Shown here: positions 1-10,028 of the stretch, piece by piece
Layout of the letters: each line of letters begins with the position of its first letter
Position numbering within the stretch: position 1 is the first letter of the stretch
Assembly: GCA_963976765.1 (NCBI GenBank)
Contig: CAXBME010000004.1
Coordinates: forward strand, 1 to 64,000
DNA: 64,000 nt
Origin: an uncultured Planctomycetaceae bacterium
Lineage (GTDB): Bacteria; Planctomycetota; Planctomycetia; Planctomycetales; Planctomycetaceae
Direction: 5' to 3'
Made by a program: the position numbers and the translations under genes
The notes under the pieces: generated by a model
The model's input: the letters and a program-made list of their open reading frames with translations, nothing else
Told to the model about the DNA's origin: nothing
The model's database searches: none

Positions 1-118
1 TTCCGTTTCCGTTTCCGTTTCCGTTTCCGTTTCCGTTTCCGTTTCCGTTTCCGTTCCCGTTTCCGTTCCCGTTCCCGTTTCCGTTCCCGTTTCCGTTCCC
101 ACGCCCGTTTCCGTTCCG
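1..118. repeat. Hexanucleotide tandem repeat (TTCCGT/TTCCCG) encoding poly(Gly-Asn) on the minus strand
   Basis: Directly visible; in frame with the TadG-like ORF (GGA AAC = G N). Confidence 0.95.
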
Positions 119-1003
119 AAGATTGGGACCGTCGACATTGAGGCGATCATTGAATTTGCCACCAGAGTATCCGGCGTTTCGATTTTCGGCAGGACTCGTG
201 CTCGTGACTCTCGCAAATAACGTGTTCCCGAAGTTCGGCAGGCTGGCCATTCGAGTCTGCGAAGTTGGACCAGCATTAGTGCTGGCAGTTCCACCAGCAT
301 TCCCTCGGCCTGTATTGTTTCCGTTGTCGTTTCCGTTGTTCACGAGAACCGGATAGCTATAAACGGCGAGTCCCAATCGATCGTCAGTTCCGAGTTCATC
401 GATCAGAACGAACGCCGCATTCCGTGTCATTGTCATCCGGTTGTGAGATGACATCGACCCCGAGCAATCGATAACAAGCATGACATCCCGCATTCTCGTT
501 CGGCCGATGACCGCGATTGCCGATTCGGTGACCTCGTGAGTGCCATCGCCCAGGACGGGGGCAAAGAACAGATTGACCGCGTTCTGACGAGCCTTGCTTA
601 GTTTCCCACTGACACGCACGGCGTTGGCCAGACTCAAGTCCGTGCCCGAAAACGGAGTAAACTGACCGGTCAATTCATCCCAGATTCCGATGTCGATATC
701 GGTGTCCCTCTGAAGCGTCAGGTCACGACCATCAACCTGATTGGCGGCGGCCAGATCGACAGCCGCGTCCACGATCTGGTCCTCGCCACCGTCTGGAGCA
801 AGTTGCAGCTCCTGAGCTGCGGCCAATGCCGCACTGTCGACGGCAGACTGCAGTTCCTGATTGACCAGCACGACATAGCCGAAGTCGACCGAAAAAGTTG
901 CGAAAGCCAGGATCACAATCATGAACACAGCAGACAGAATCAGTATCGCCCCGCGCCGAGAGACTGAATCGTCGCGATTAAATTCTCGAATTGATCTCAT
1001 CAT
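1..1003 (-). CDS. TadG/Flp pilus assembly-like protein with vWA domain (runs off window start)
   Basis: Manual translation from ATG 1003 (GGAGA RBS): MMRSIREFNRDDSVSRRGAILILSAVFMIVILAFATFSVDFGY...LQSAVDSAALAAA (Tad N-terminal motif), then a MIDAS-like DVMLVIDCSGSM, then a Gly-Asn low-complexity tract. Absent from the ORF track because no stop lies in the window. Confidence 0.85.
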   Translation of the reverse strand, partial: MMRSIREFNRDDSVSRRGAILILSAVFMIVILAFATFSVDFGYVVLVNQELQSAVDSAALAAAQELQLAPDGGEDQIVDAAVDLAAANQVDGRDLTLQRDTDIDIGIWDELTGQFTPFSGTDLSLANAVRVSGKLSKARQNAVNLFFAPVLGDGTHEVTESAIAVIGRTRMRDVMLVIDCSGSMSSHNRMTMTRNAAFVLIDELGTDDRLGLAVYSYPVLVNNGNDNGNNTGRGNAGGTASTNAGPTSQTRMASLPNFGNTLFARVTSTSPAENRNAGYSGGKFNDRLNVDGPNLRNGNGRGNGNGNGNGNGNGNGNGNGNGNGNGNGNGNGNG

Positions 1004-1370
1004 GTGTCTCCAGAAAGTTTGATCGCTCCGAATTCCGGTCTCAAAGTCCATCAATTAAGCCTTAGGTCACACTGTTTGCGGCTGTCGTTTAATTTGGTTC
1101 GAATTTCGACGATGGCAGGGCGTCTCCCATGTCAGGAACCAGTTTGTCACGACTGGCGGGAGAGTTGAGCTGATACTTGCGGCAGCAAAGTCAGCAAAAT
1201 CCCAGCCATCAATGTTGCGGCATCGACATCCGAACCGGCCCGACGAATCCTTCTGTGGCCGCATCGAGCACCCCGTCTTATGATGGTCCGAGCCCCGCAG
1301 ACTCTGCGAAAGCCTGACGAGCTTCCCGGCGATCGTCCGGAACCATCAACAGTCCTATGGCCAGTCTCCG

Positions 1371-3215
1371 ATGACCACTGACGGATCATCTCCTGAACAG
1401 AACCGGAAGAAGTCAGCAGCGAGCGACAGCTCGTCGCCTGCGCCGGACTTGTCGAACGCCGACGCCCCGAACCTTTCGGTTGACGATAAGCTTGCCCAAA
1501 CCGACGAACTCTCAGCCGCCGCGTTGCAGGAAATGCACGAACGAGCGACTCTTGAGCAAGCAGAGCGGGCCGAAGTTCAGCAGGAACCGCCATCAGCGCC
1601 AGATCAGACGATCACTCAATCGCAAATGGCCGCCGTTTCGGGAACACAAACGCAGCTCGACTCAAACAGCGGAATGGCCGGCGCACGAACACTCGCGGAA
1701 ACGCTCGTTCCTGCCGGATCAGACAGCCGGGCACTCGACCTCAGCGACTGCACGCTGGGAGAGTTCCGAATCCTGCGACGACTGGGGGCCGGCGGCATGG
1801 CTCAGGTCTACCTTGCGGAGCAAACGTCGCTCAAACGAAACGTTGCCATTAAGGTCATGCGTTCTGACCTCGACAGCGATGAAACTCACCGCAAACGTTT
1901 CGAGCATGAAGCTCGCGCGGCAGCGGGGCTCAATCACCCCAACATTGTGCAGGTCTTTGCGGTCGGTGAAGAGGAAAATATTCAGTACATCGCGCAGGAG
2001 TACGTTCAGGGAGCCAATCTGCGTCAGTACCTGCAGAAGAAAAAGCCGCCGACCGCACACATCGCCATACACCTGATGAAGCAGGTCAGCTCAGCTTTGC
2101 ACGCGGCTCACCAGGCAGGGATCGTCCATCGCGACATCAAACCGGAAAATATCATGGTGACCCGCCGGATGGTCGCCAAAGTGACGGATTTCGGCCTGGC
2201 TCAACTGACGCTTGGCGGCGAACGCGTCAACCTGACTCAAATGGGCGTCACGATGGGTACGCCACTTTACATGAGTCCTGAACAGGTCAACGGAACCGCC
2301 GTCGACGCCCGCAGCGATCTGTACTCGATGGGGGTCACGTTTTACCACCTGCTCTCGGGAAGTCCGCCGTTCCGAGCGGCCACCGCTTTCGCGCTCGCTT
2401 ACAAACATCTCAACGAAGACGCACCGCCTCTGCAGGATCTGCGACCAGACATCCCGCCATCGCTGATCAATGTCGTCCATCGATTGATGTCGAAGGATCC
2501 TGCCGAACGATTTCCTGACGCTCGCGCGGTGCTGACTGAACTGAAGCGAATCGAGAAGTCCGGCGAGACCGGCGACAGCTTCGTGCCTGTCGACGAACCC
2601 GAGCCGACTGAAAGCTGGCAGGAGCTCAAACCGACAAGCCGGCAACTGAAGAAGTACGGCCTGTGGTGCCTGGTGGTGTTTTTGATTTCTGCGGGAGCCG
2701 GACGTGACCTGCGAAGGCAAAACCCGCTCGATGCGCCCATCAATGCGGCAACGTCGGTCGAGGTTCAGCAGACGGCTCAAGAGCAGATCCGCGTCGCAAT
2801 GTCTTTGAAAAAGGGGCCGTCACGACCTGAACGTCAGGAAGAAGCCTGGCAGATTGTCATTGACGAGTTTTCCGACAACCGCGGAGCCGTCCTGGAAGCG
2901 CACCGCGAACTCGGTCTGCTTCAGTTGAAAGCTCGTCGCTACAAAGAGGCACTCGCTCACTTCAACGAACTGGCTCGCGAAAACGACAACCGCTGGAAAG
3001 CCGACGGAGTCGCCGGCCAGGCCGTACTCGCCATGCTCGCCGGACGGCACGAAGATTCTCACGAACTGATTTCGATCCAGCTGGCTGATCACCGAGAACT
3101 CGTCAGCTCCGAGTTGAAAAAGCTCGTGGTCGAAGCCGAGGAACGCAACCGCCGGTTCGGCTCAGCCGAAGAATTCGATTTCGAGTCTCTGTTTGATTCG
3201 CCCATCGAAAACTGA
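1371..3215 (+). CDS. Hanks-type Ser/Thr protein kinase with TM segment and C-terminal helical/TPR-like region
   Basis: LGAGGMAQVY, VAIK, HRDIKPEN, DFGLA, GTPLYMSPEQ, then hydrophobic YGLWCLVVFLISAG. Confidence 0.95.
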   Translation: MTTDGSSPEQNRKKSAASDSSSPAPDLSNADAPNLSVDDKLAQTDELSAAALQEMHERATLEQAERAEVQQEPPSAPDQTITQSQMAAVSGTQTQLDSNSGMAGARTLAETLVPAGSDSRALDLSDCTLGEFRILRRLGAGGMAQVYLAEQTSLKRNVAIKVMRSDLDSDETHRKRFEHEARAAAGLNHPNIVQVFAVGEEENIQYIAQEYVQGANLRQYLQKKKPPTAHIAIHLMKQVSSALHAAHQAGIVHRDIKPENIMVTRRMVAKVTDFGLAQLTLGGERVNLTQMGVTMGTPLYMSPEQVNGTAVDARSDLYSMGVTFYHLLSGSPPFRAATAFALAYKHLNEDAPPLQDLRPDIPPSLINVVHRLMSKDPAERFPDARAVLTELKRIEKSGETGDSFVPVDEPEPTESWQELKPTSRQLKKYGLWCLVVFLISAGAGRDLRRQNPLDAPINAATSVEVQQTAQEQIRVAMSLKKGPSRPERQEEAWQIVIDEFSDNRGAVLEAHRELGLLQLKARRYKEALAHFNELARENDNRWKADGVAGQAVLAMLAGRHEDSHELISIQLADHRELVSSELKKLVVEAEERNRRFGSAEEFDFESLFDSPIEN

Positions 3216-3245
3216 CACGATTCCCACTTGACCGTCCGAAGGCGT

Positions 3246-3329
3246 AACGCAGAAAGCGGAGAGGACTCGCAGAGACGCGGAGAGTTCTCGTTATTCCACT
3301 GCGTCTGTCATCTCAGCGAACTCTGCGTT
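3246..3329. repeat. Intergenic imperfect inverted repeat (CGCAGAG...CTCTGCG, REP-like)
   Basis: aacgcagaaagcggagag...cgcagagacgcggagag on the left arm; ctcagcgaactctgcgtt on the right arm. Confidence 0.55.
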
Positions 3330-3366
3330 CTCCTTTTCCGAGCAATACGAACGAAGAAAGCCGGCA

Positions 3367-3756
3367 GTGTTAAAAGAGCACGAAATTCAAATCCGCGTCC
3401 GCTACGTCGAAGCCGACCCCATGGGCTACCTGCATCACTCCAACTATTTCACATATTTCGAAATGGGCCGCACAGAACTCTTCCGAGCATCCGGCGGTAG
3501 CTATCGCGAAATTGAAGAGTCCGGTCTCTTCTTTGTCGTGACAAAACTTGAATGCAAGTTTCTCGCCCCCGCCCGCTACGACGACCAGTTGACACTCCGC
3601 ACGAAAATCTCCCGCGCGACGATGGCCAAACTGGAACACGAGTACGAACTCCGCCGAGGCGACACGATCCTGACCACGGCGAAGTCCGTCCTCGCCTGCG
3701 TCGACACGACCGGTCGAGTCCAACGTATGCCTGATTCCGTCGTTGATCAGGATTAG
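3367..3756 (+). CDS. Acyl-CoA thioesterase (4-HBT/YbgC family)
   Basis: RVRYVEADPMGYLHHSNYFTYFEMGRTE hot-dog fold motif; 129 aa. Confidence 0.9.
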   Translation: MLKEHEIQIRVRYVEADPMGYLHHSNYFTYFEMGRTELFRASGGSYREIEESGLFFVVTKLECKFLAPARYDDQLTLRTKISRATMAKLEHEYELRRGDTILTTAKSVLACVDTTGRVQRMPDSVVDQD

Positions 3757-3868
3757 ACTTTCATCGTCCTCTGTAAGAGTACCAGTAGCATGAGCACTTC
3801 CCACCAGAATTCAGCAGGCCGACAGGCGGTGCCCACTCGATGAGAATCAATCCACTTTAAACGGACCG

Positions 3869-5224
3869 TCAAACTGCAAAGCCATCTTCACGAAGCAGGT
3901 CGATCGCGTTCGAGAAGGCTTCGGTTGTCTGGCTGATGTCGGTGTCTGAGTGAGCGAGGGATGTCGAACCTCCCCAGCCGAACCAGTCGACTCCCCCCAG
4001 GAGCAGAGCGCAGCGAAAAGCGTGGCTGAGGCGGCCGTCGAATTTTCGGTCGAGCTTTCGCCAATCGCCGTTGAAGGGAATCTCATTGTCGGTGGTGGGG
4101 TGCGTGCCTTCGAATTCGGCGTGAATCTTGATGGCCGAGAAATCTCCGTACGCGACCAGGCGTGAACTCTTTGCGGCGAAGACCTGATTGAGTGCATGGC
4201 GGAGTTTAGAAGCGGCGGCATTGGCTTTGTTGCTGGGTTCTGCGGTGGCGACGATGTCAAGAGCTGCAGCTCCGGCCGCTGCTGACAACGGATTCGCGTT
4301 GTACGTGCCGGGGTGTTTCATTTTCTGGCCGTACGGATTGTCAAAAGCCAGAGCCTCCATCAGGTCTGCTCGTCCGGCCAGGCAGCCGCCGGGGAGACCG
4401 CCAGCCAGCACCTTGGCCAGCGTTGTCATGTCGGGAATGATGTCGCAGTGTCCCTGGAAACTGTTCGGGTGAACTCGGAAGCCGGTGATGACCTCATCAA
4501 GGACGAAGATCACGTTCTTACGTTGCGTCAGATCTCGCAGGCCTCGCATGAACTCGGCTCGGGCCGGAACGATGCCCCAGTGAGTCCCGTTACCTTCATG
4601 CAGAATGCAGGCGGGATCGTGTTCGTCGATCGCAGCTTCGACAGCGGCAAGATCGTTTGGCGGTACGAAAACGATGTCCGACATGACTCCGTCGGTGACT
4701 CCGGGAGTTGTGTACTCCGCGTCGTGCGGCGGATCCGATCCCAAAATCAGGCTGTCATGCCAGCCGTGGAAATGGCCGGCGAATTTGATGACCTTTGATT
4801 TTCCGGTCGCCAGACGCGCGACCCGCAGAGCCATCAACGTTGCTTCGGTGCCGCTGTTCGTAAAGCGGATTTTTTCGGCAGACGGGACGAGATTCTGGAC
4901 ACGCTCGCCCCATTCGAGTTCCAGCTCGTGACACGCGCCGGGGTGCGTTGAGATGGCGACCTGCTTCTGAACCGCTTCGACAATTGCCGGATGAGAATGG
5001 CCGAGCAGCATCGCTCCATGTCCCATCCAATAGTCGATCAACTCGTGCCCCTCGACTGTCGTCTTCCGGGAACCGACAGCTTTGTTTGCATAGATCGGAA
5101 ACGGTTTCAGATAACGAGCATCGTGCGTCACACCGCTCGGGAACAACATCTTCGCACGAGCGTACAGTTCAGCAGACTTCGGGAAACGCTCGGCAAACAA
5201 CTTCTCAATACGTGATTCGTCCAT
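3869..5224 (-). CDS. Class III PLP aminotransferase (glutamate-1-semialdehyde aminomutase-like)
   Basis: RFTNSGTEA, FAGHFHGWHD, LDEVITGFR, TLAKVLAGGLP (PLP Lys), HPGTYNANP. Confidence 0.9.
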   Translation of the reverse strand: MDESRIEKLFAERFPKSAELYARAKMLFPSGVTHDARYLKPFPIYANKAVGSRKTTVEGHELIDYWMGHGAMLLGHSHPAIVEAVQKQVAISTHPGACHELELEWGERVQNLVPSAEKIRFTNSGTEATLMALRVARLATGKSKVIKFAGHFHGWHDSLILGSDPPHDAEYTTPGVTDGVMSDIVFVPPNDLAAVEAAIDEHDPACILHEGNGTHWGIVPARAEFMRGLRDLTQRKNVIFVLDEVITGFRVHPNSFQGHCDIIPDMTTLAKVLAGGLPGGCLAGRADLMEALAFDNPYGQKMKHPGTYNANPLSAAAGAAALDIVATAEPSNKANAAASKLRHALNQVFAAKSSRLVAYGDFSAIKIHAEFEGTHPTTDNEIPFNGDWRKLDRKFDGRLSHAFRCALLLGGVDWFGWGGSTSLAHSDTDISQTTEAFSNAIDLLREDGFAV

Positions 5225-5361
5225 GACTGATAACTCTTCGACTCAATGAAAATCAGTGAAAAATGAACAGAGAAGACGCAGGACTTTTGCAGTTAAGTAC
5301 GTTGAGCAGTATGTAGAAACTAAAGAGGCGGGTGCGGCCCTGCACACGGCTCGCCCGGCAG

Positions 5362-7614
5362 TTATTCAGCAGCAGCAATCTGGTTGCGTCGCCACGCATC
5401 GACATAATTCTGAATTCCATGCTGAACGTGGGAAGCGGCCTTTCGAACGGCAGCCTGAATCTCGGTGTTCAGAAACGGGTTCTGCTTCTCAAGACCAGCG
5501 TGACGATGAAACACGAACGCCGCCTGGGCAGACGTAGCTTCGTCGTAGGTTGCGAGTTTCTCCAGTATTGCTTCGATGTTCCCTCCCGACGAGCCAACTG
5601 CAAACTCGGCGTAGTCGCGAGCCGACGATCGCCGACCATCCCCGTCAATGTCCAGCCACACTGCCCCACTGCACCCGAGTGACGTTGGTTCGAAGTCGGG
5701 CGACGTCGACTGGTAAGGCAATGCCGTCTTCCAGTGAGGACTGTTGATACCAGGGCCGGTGGCGATCGCGACCAGGTGCACGTCGTGACTGGGTCGTGGG
5801 ATGATCCATTCGGTTTTCCAGTCCAGCTTCTTAGCGGGAACTGACTCTTCATTGGCGGGCATCGTGGCTTCACGGATCACCGTGCCGTTCGCAAAGAGCT
5901 GCACTTTTGACGCCGTCGTCCAGTGAGGCCCCTGCACTCTGACGTTGACCTGAACGGTGTCGCCGCCGACTCGTGCCAGTTCTCCCGAGCCGTAGCGATC
6001 GTCGACTCGCAGGCTGGTGAGCAATCCGTAACTCACCATCACCCTGCCCTGCACAAAGCTGTTGACGGCATCCTCGACGTTGATGTGACCAGGTTCTCGA
6101 TCGTCGCAGCGGATGTAAGTTCGCCCCTGCCCGACAAAGTGACGAGAGACGTCGTGCGAATCGCTGCAGCCAACCGGCGTGATGTTCAGGCCGCGATTAA
6201 GCATCACCATCCAGTCGCGAAACAACTGCATGATGTCGGTCTGGTTGGCCGACGAGTTGGCAGTTTCCATCGCGTTGGCTCGGAAACGCCAGCCATTGAT
6301 GCTCTCTCCCACGGCGTCGTTGAAAAGTGCCGGTCCGAACGGACGAACGTTGGAGTGGATGTCTCGAGGGTGGTTAAGAATGACTGCCTTAACACCGTCG
6401 ACCTGGTTGATCGAATCGGCGATCGCGTCCCAGTCAGTCAGTTTGTGATCCGGAAGTTTCGCGCCGGGCCTGACCGGAAAGATGTTGAAGTGCCCGACCT
6501 TTGTAGTGACCTCGTTGCCGATCACCGGTGTGAAGTAGCGATCGACTCCGGCTTCCTTTGCGAATGGTCGGTGGTCGATAAAGACGTTGTGGTCCGTCGC
6601 GATCGGCAGTTCGATCCCCTCGCCCGCCAGCGTCACCATCCGCTCCTGAACGGTCGAGTCTCCGTGTCCCGAATGAGTCAGCGTATGAACGTGCGTGTCG
6701 CAGGCCACCCAGCCTTCGGTGTCAACTTCCCGATCGATCGAGAACGACAAGTTCTGAGTGCTACCTGCGGGGGCGCTAACCTGCTTTTCCGCGAGCGAAT
6801 ACTCGAAGCCACGCCCAACGAGAATACGATAGTCTCCAGCCGGAACGAGAATCCTGACCGGACGGTTCGATGCGTAAACGGTGCCAGGGCGAAACGCGAC
6901 CTGCCTCTCTGACTCCGCGAGACATTCCTGAAGACTTCCGTCTGAATTCAAAATCGTAATGCGGCAGGGAACGGGTAGCACCGCGGTGCCTGCCCTTAGA
7001 ACTTCAAGCCATCGCTGTTCCAAAGTCATTCGTTTCAGACGTTCTGTCTGGGACTTCTTAAACGATTCAGTCTTTCGGACATAATCGAGGTCGGCTTTCG
7101 GCAGATCAAGTACGGGCAGAATGACTGGTTCGGTAACCGTTACTTCCAGAGTAGCTTCAAGAAGCAGGCCGCGTTTGGTGCGGTCCAGCAGCGTGATCTC
7201 TCCGACGCGGATGTCATCCGGCTTACGGCCTTTCGGGCATTCAATCGTGAGCGTGTTCTCGCCGTCTTTCACCAGATCGAAGCCGACTTCGTAGTAGACG
7301 CGCATGTCGATTTCGTTGATGTGCAGCTTGCCGAGCGGCTCGCCGTTCAGGCTGATCGTCCAGGATTCTTTGACATCCTGCTGCCTCAGTGAAAGGCAGC
7401 GTTCGCGGACACCAGCTTCTGCTTCGAATTTCAATTCGAGTTTTGAGGCTTCTGCTTTTTCGGGAAACGTCGACCACTCGCGCGGTTCCATCTGCCGGAG
7501 ATGATGCAGGCGGCTCGTGATCACGATATCGTCAGCGAGGGTTGAGCTGGTCAGCGCAGCCAGGTTCAGCACAACGCTGAGCATGGCGGAAATGACACAC
7601 AAACTTCGCGACAT
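5362..7614 (-). CDS. Secreted CehA/McbA-family PHP metallohydrolase
   Basis: Start reassigned to MSRSLC (signal peptide, GGGGG RBS); DTHVHT, ATDHN, NHP and CSDSH PHP motifs. Confidence 0.8.
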   Translation of the reverse strand: MSRSLCVISAMLSVVLNLAALTSSTLADDIVITSRLHHLRQMEPREWSTFPEKAEASKLELKFEAEAGVRERCLSLRQQDVKESWTISLNGEPLGKLHINEIDMRVYYEVGFDLVKDGENTLTIECPKGRKPDDIRVGEITLLDRTKRGLLLEATLEVTVTEPVILPVLDLPKADLDYVRKTESFKKSQTERLKRMTLEQRWLEVLRAGTAVLPVPCRITILNSDGSLQECLAESERQVAFRPGTVYASNRPVRILVPAGDYRILVGRGFEYSLAEKQVSAPAGSTQNLSFSIDREVDTEGWVACDTHVHTLTHSGHGDSTVQERMVTLAGEGIELPIATDHNVFIDHRPFAKEAGVDRYFTPVIGNEVTTKVGHFNIFPVRPGAKLPDHKLTDWDAIADSINQVDGVKAVILNHPRDIHSNVRPFGPALFNDAVGESINGWRFRANAMETANSSANQTDIMQLFRDWMVMLNRGLNITPVGCSDSHDVSRHFVGQGRTYIRCDDREPGHINVEDAVNSFVQGRVMVSYGLLTSLRVDDRYGSGELARVGGDTVQVNVRVQGPHWTTASKVQLFANGTVIREATMPANEESVPAKKLDWKTEWIIPRPSHDVHLVAIATGPGINSPHWKTALPYQSTSPDFEPTSLGCSGAVWLDIDGDGRRSSARDYAEFAVGSSGGNIEAILEKLATYDEATSAQAAFVFHRHAGLEKQNPFLNTEIQAAVRKAASHVQHGIQNYVDAWRRNQIAAAE

Positions 7615-7959
7615 CTCAATCCCCCTTCGTAAATGGTGTTGACAGTCGAAACTGTGATCCTGTCGCCTCGAAGTAGCAACCAAAGCAGCAGACGCACTCC
7701 GTGTGCCGCATCCAGGAACTGCTGGATGCGGACGGCGGCACGACGGCGGACGATGGACGGCACGGCGCAGCATGCTACTTTTCGAAATGGCATGCAGGTC
7801 GGGCGAGTATCTCAATGTGACAATCTGGTCGGCGTGGTTGACACTCGTCAGGCGGTGGAGTGGCGAACGAACCGCCAATGCCCGAAACTCCGCCCGCCTC
7901 GTCGAAATTCAGTCGAAGCACAAGTAGACATCCTTAAGAGACGGCAACTGGAGCACCAG

Positions 7960-9624
7960 ATGAGCGGACGAAAAACGATACTTGCAACTCTTGCCGGGCT
8001 GACGACGTTGCTCACCCACGAGATGGCTTCGACAGCCGAAGTAGACCTTGTTCGAGATTTGCAGACTCGGGCGATCGAGTCGGGCAAAGCTGACTGGGGG
8101 CACTGGGGATCGCACACCGGCAAATACTCGAGCTGGATCAACCACTCGAATCGCCTGATCCCGATTTACTCGTTCGGAATGGGAATGGAATCCGTGTCGG
8201 GTGAGAACAGTTCGTACCGTTCGGTCGAAAAGCTGAAGCAGCTGTTTGGAAAAGTACCAACCGGCACAATCAATCCGGAAGCGGACTACTTCGATCAGAC
8301 CGACGTTTACTCGTTGCAGAAAGCCGCCGCCGCGAGCGGTAAGAAACGGATCATCCTGTTCGTGTTCGACGGCATGGACTGGCAAACAACCTGGGCCGCC
8401 GCGACTTACAATGCCGGTGCCGTAAAGTATCGATCCGGTCGAGGAACCGGACTGAACTTTCAGGACTACGACAGTACGGAAACTGACTTCGGATTCTTCG
8501 TCACAACCCCGCACAATGATGGCACGAAGATCGATGTTAATTCTCAAACCGTAACGAATCCGGGCGGCAATAAACCCGGTGGCTACTCGCCACGAATCGG
8601 CGGCGAGTTTCCCTGGTCAGAACCGCTGGACCCGCTCTACCCCATCGGCATGGGACGGGAGTTTCCGCATGCGTATACGGACTCCGCGTCGAGCGCGACG
8701 TCGTTGTGCTCTGGCATCAAGACTTACAACGCGTCCATCAATATCGACCATCTGGGCAGACAGGTCGAACCGTTACCTCGTCAACTTCAGCGAGAAGGCT
8801 TTGCCATTGGGGTTGTCACCAGCGTTCCCATCAGCCACGCCACCCCCGCATGTGCCTATGCCAACAATGTGCACCGCAGCGACTACCAGGACATCACCCG
8901 CGACATCCTCGGTCTGAAGTCAATTTCACATCCAGACCAACCTCTGCCCGGCGTCGATGTTCTGCTGGGAGCCGGTTGGGGAGAAGACCGCCTCAAAGAT
9001 TCAGCTCAGGGAGCGAATTTCAATCCCGCCGGCAAAGAGGAAAACCGGTACATCGCCGATGCCGACCTGAGCGCCGTTCGAGCAACGAAAGATCGTCCGT
9101 GGACAACGGTCCTTCGAGAATCGGGGATGAGCGGTTCCGCGACTCTTAAAGCATCCGCTCACCAGGCGGCAACTCAGGGAACCCGACTGTTCGGCTACTT
9201 CGGAGTGAAGAAAGGGCATCTGCCATTCCAGACTGCCGACGGAAGATTCAACACGACAGTCAGTACAGGAGCGTCACTTGCAAATGTGACAGTACCAGTC
9301 GCCGCCGAACAGTACTCAACTGCCGACATCGCCGAGAACCCCACACTTTCAGACATGGCCAGCGCAGCATTGACAGTTCTGTCGGCAAGGTCCGATCGGT
9401 TCTGGCTGCTGGTTGAAGCTGGCGACGTCGACTGGGCGAACCATTCAAATAATCTCGACAATTCCATCGGAGCTGTTCTCAGCGGCGATGCTGCATTCAA
9501 AACCGTGACCGACTGGGTCGAGGCCAACGGAGGCTGGTCCGACACCGTCGTTCTGGTCACGGCCGACCACGGCCACTATCTGGTACTCGACAAGCCGGAA
9601 GCACTGGTTCCTGCGGAACAGTAA
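7960..9624 (+). CDS. Alkaline phosphatase (apparently circularly permuted)
   Basis: IILFVFDGM, YTDSASSAT (catalytic Ser), VTSVPISHATPA, VEAGDVDWANH, TADHGH; start reassigned to MSGRKT. Confidence 0.9.
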   Translation: MSGRKTILATLAGLTTLLTHEMASTAEVDLVRDLQTRAIESGKADWGHWGSHTGKYSSWINHSNRLIPIYSFGMGMESVSGENSSYRSVEKLKQLFGKVPTGTINPEADYFDQTDVYSLQKAAAASGKKRIILFVFDGMDWQTTWAAATYNAGAVKYRSGRGTGLNFQDYDSTETDFGFFVTTPHNDGTKIDVNSQTVTNPGGNKPGGYSPRIGGEFPWSEPLDPLYPIGMGREFPHAYTDSASSATSLCSGIKTYNASINIDHLGRQVEPLPRQLQREGFAIGVVTSVPISHATPACAYANNVHRSDYQDITRDILGLKSISHPDQPLPGVDVLLGAGWGEDRLKDSAQGANFNPAGKEENRYIADADLSAVRATKDRPWTTVLRESGMSGSATLKASAHQAATQGTRLFGYFGVKKGHLPFQTADGRFNTTVSTGASLANVTVPVAAEQYSTADIAENPTLSDMASAALTVLSARSDRFWLLVEAGDVDWANHSNNLDNSIGAVLSGDAAFKTVTDWVEANGGWSDTVVLVTADHGHYLVLDKPEALVPAEQ

Positions 9625-9649
9625 TCCGGCAAATCGGCAACATGCTCTG

Positions 9650-9949
9650 ACACGAGTATCTGGAGAAGCGGACGAACCTGAGCCCGCAACGATGCTGATC
9701 GATCGCCAAATCGAATCGAACCTGACGAATTCTTTCACGACGAACTCACGGCTCGAGGAAATCACTGAATGCGACTTCGGATGCTGGATGCCCAGGAAGA
9801 AATACTCACGAACGACGAACGACCGAGATGATGCCATACCGCCTGATCTTGACTGGATCATTGAAGCCTGGTCGACACTTTCGGACTCGCTCAGAACAGA
9901 GATCCTCAAGCTGGTTCGTGATGGTGTCAGCATCAGCACAACCTCGTGA
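9650..9949 (+). pseudogene. Tyrosine integrase relic (internal fragment joined to a short helical tail)
   Basis: MLIDRQIESNLTNSFT..LEEITECDFGCWMPRKKYSRTT matches MLIYRQIESNLTDHFT..LEDITEGDVVDFGRWMHKKKYSRTT of the integrase at ~29520-29700; the match is also visible at the DNA level. Confidence 0.85.
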
Positions 9950-10028
9950 AACGCCGAAAATCTTGAGGTTGTGCTGACGGTGGCGTTTGAATTCTGCTCG
10001 ACGGCGTTACTGCCGTATGACAAGCCAA

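Noticed and set aside
1..118. Possible CRISPR array or telomere-like repeat
   Set aside because: It is a simple hexamer with no spacers, in frame in a CDS; no cas genes or repeat-spacer arrays were seen in the window.
3869..5224. Assigning the symbol hemL
   Set aside because: Family membership is clear, but paralogs are common and no heme-pathway context supports orthology.
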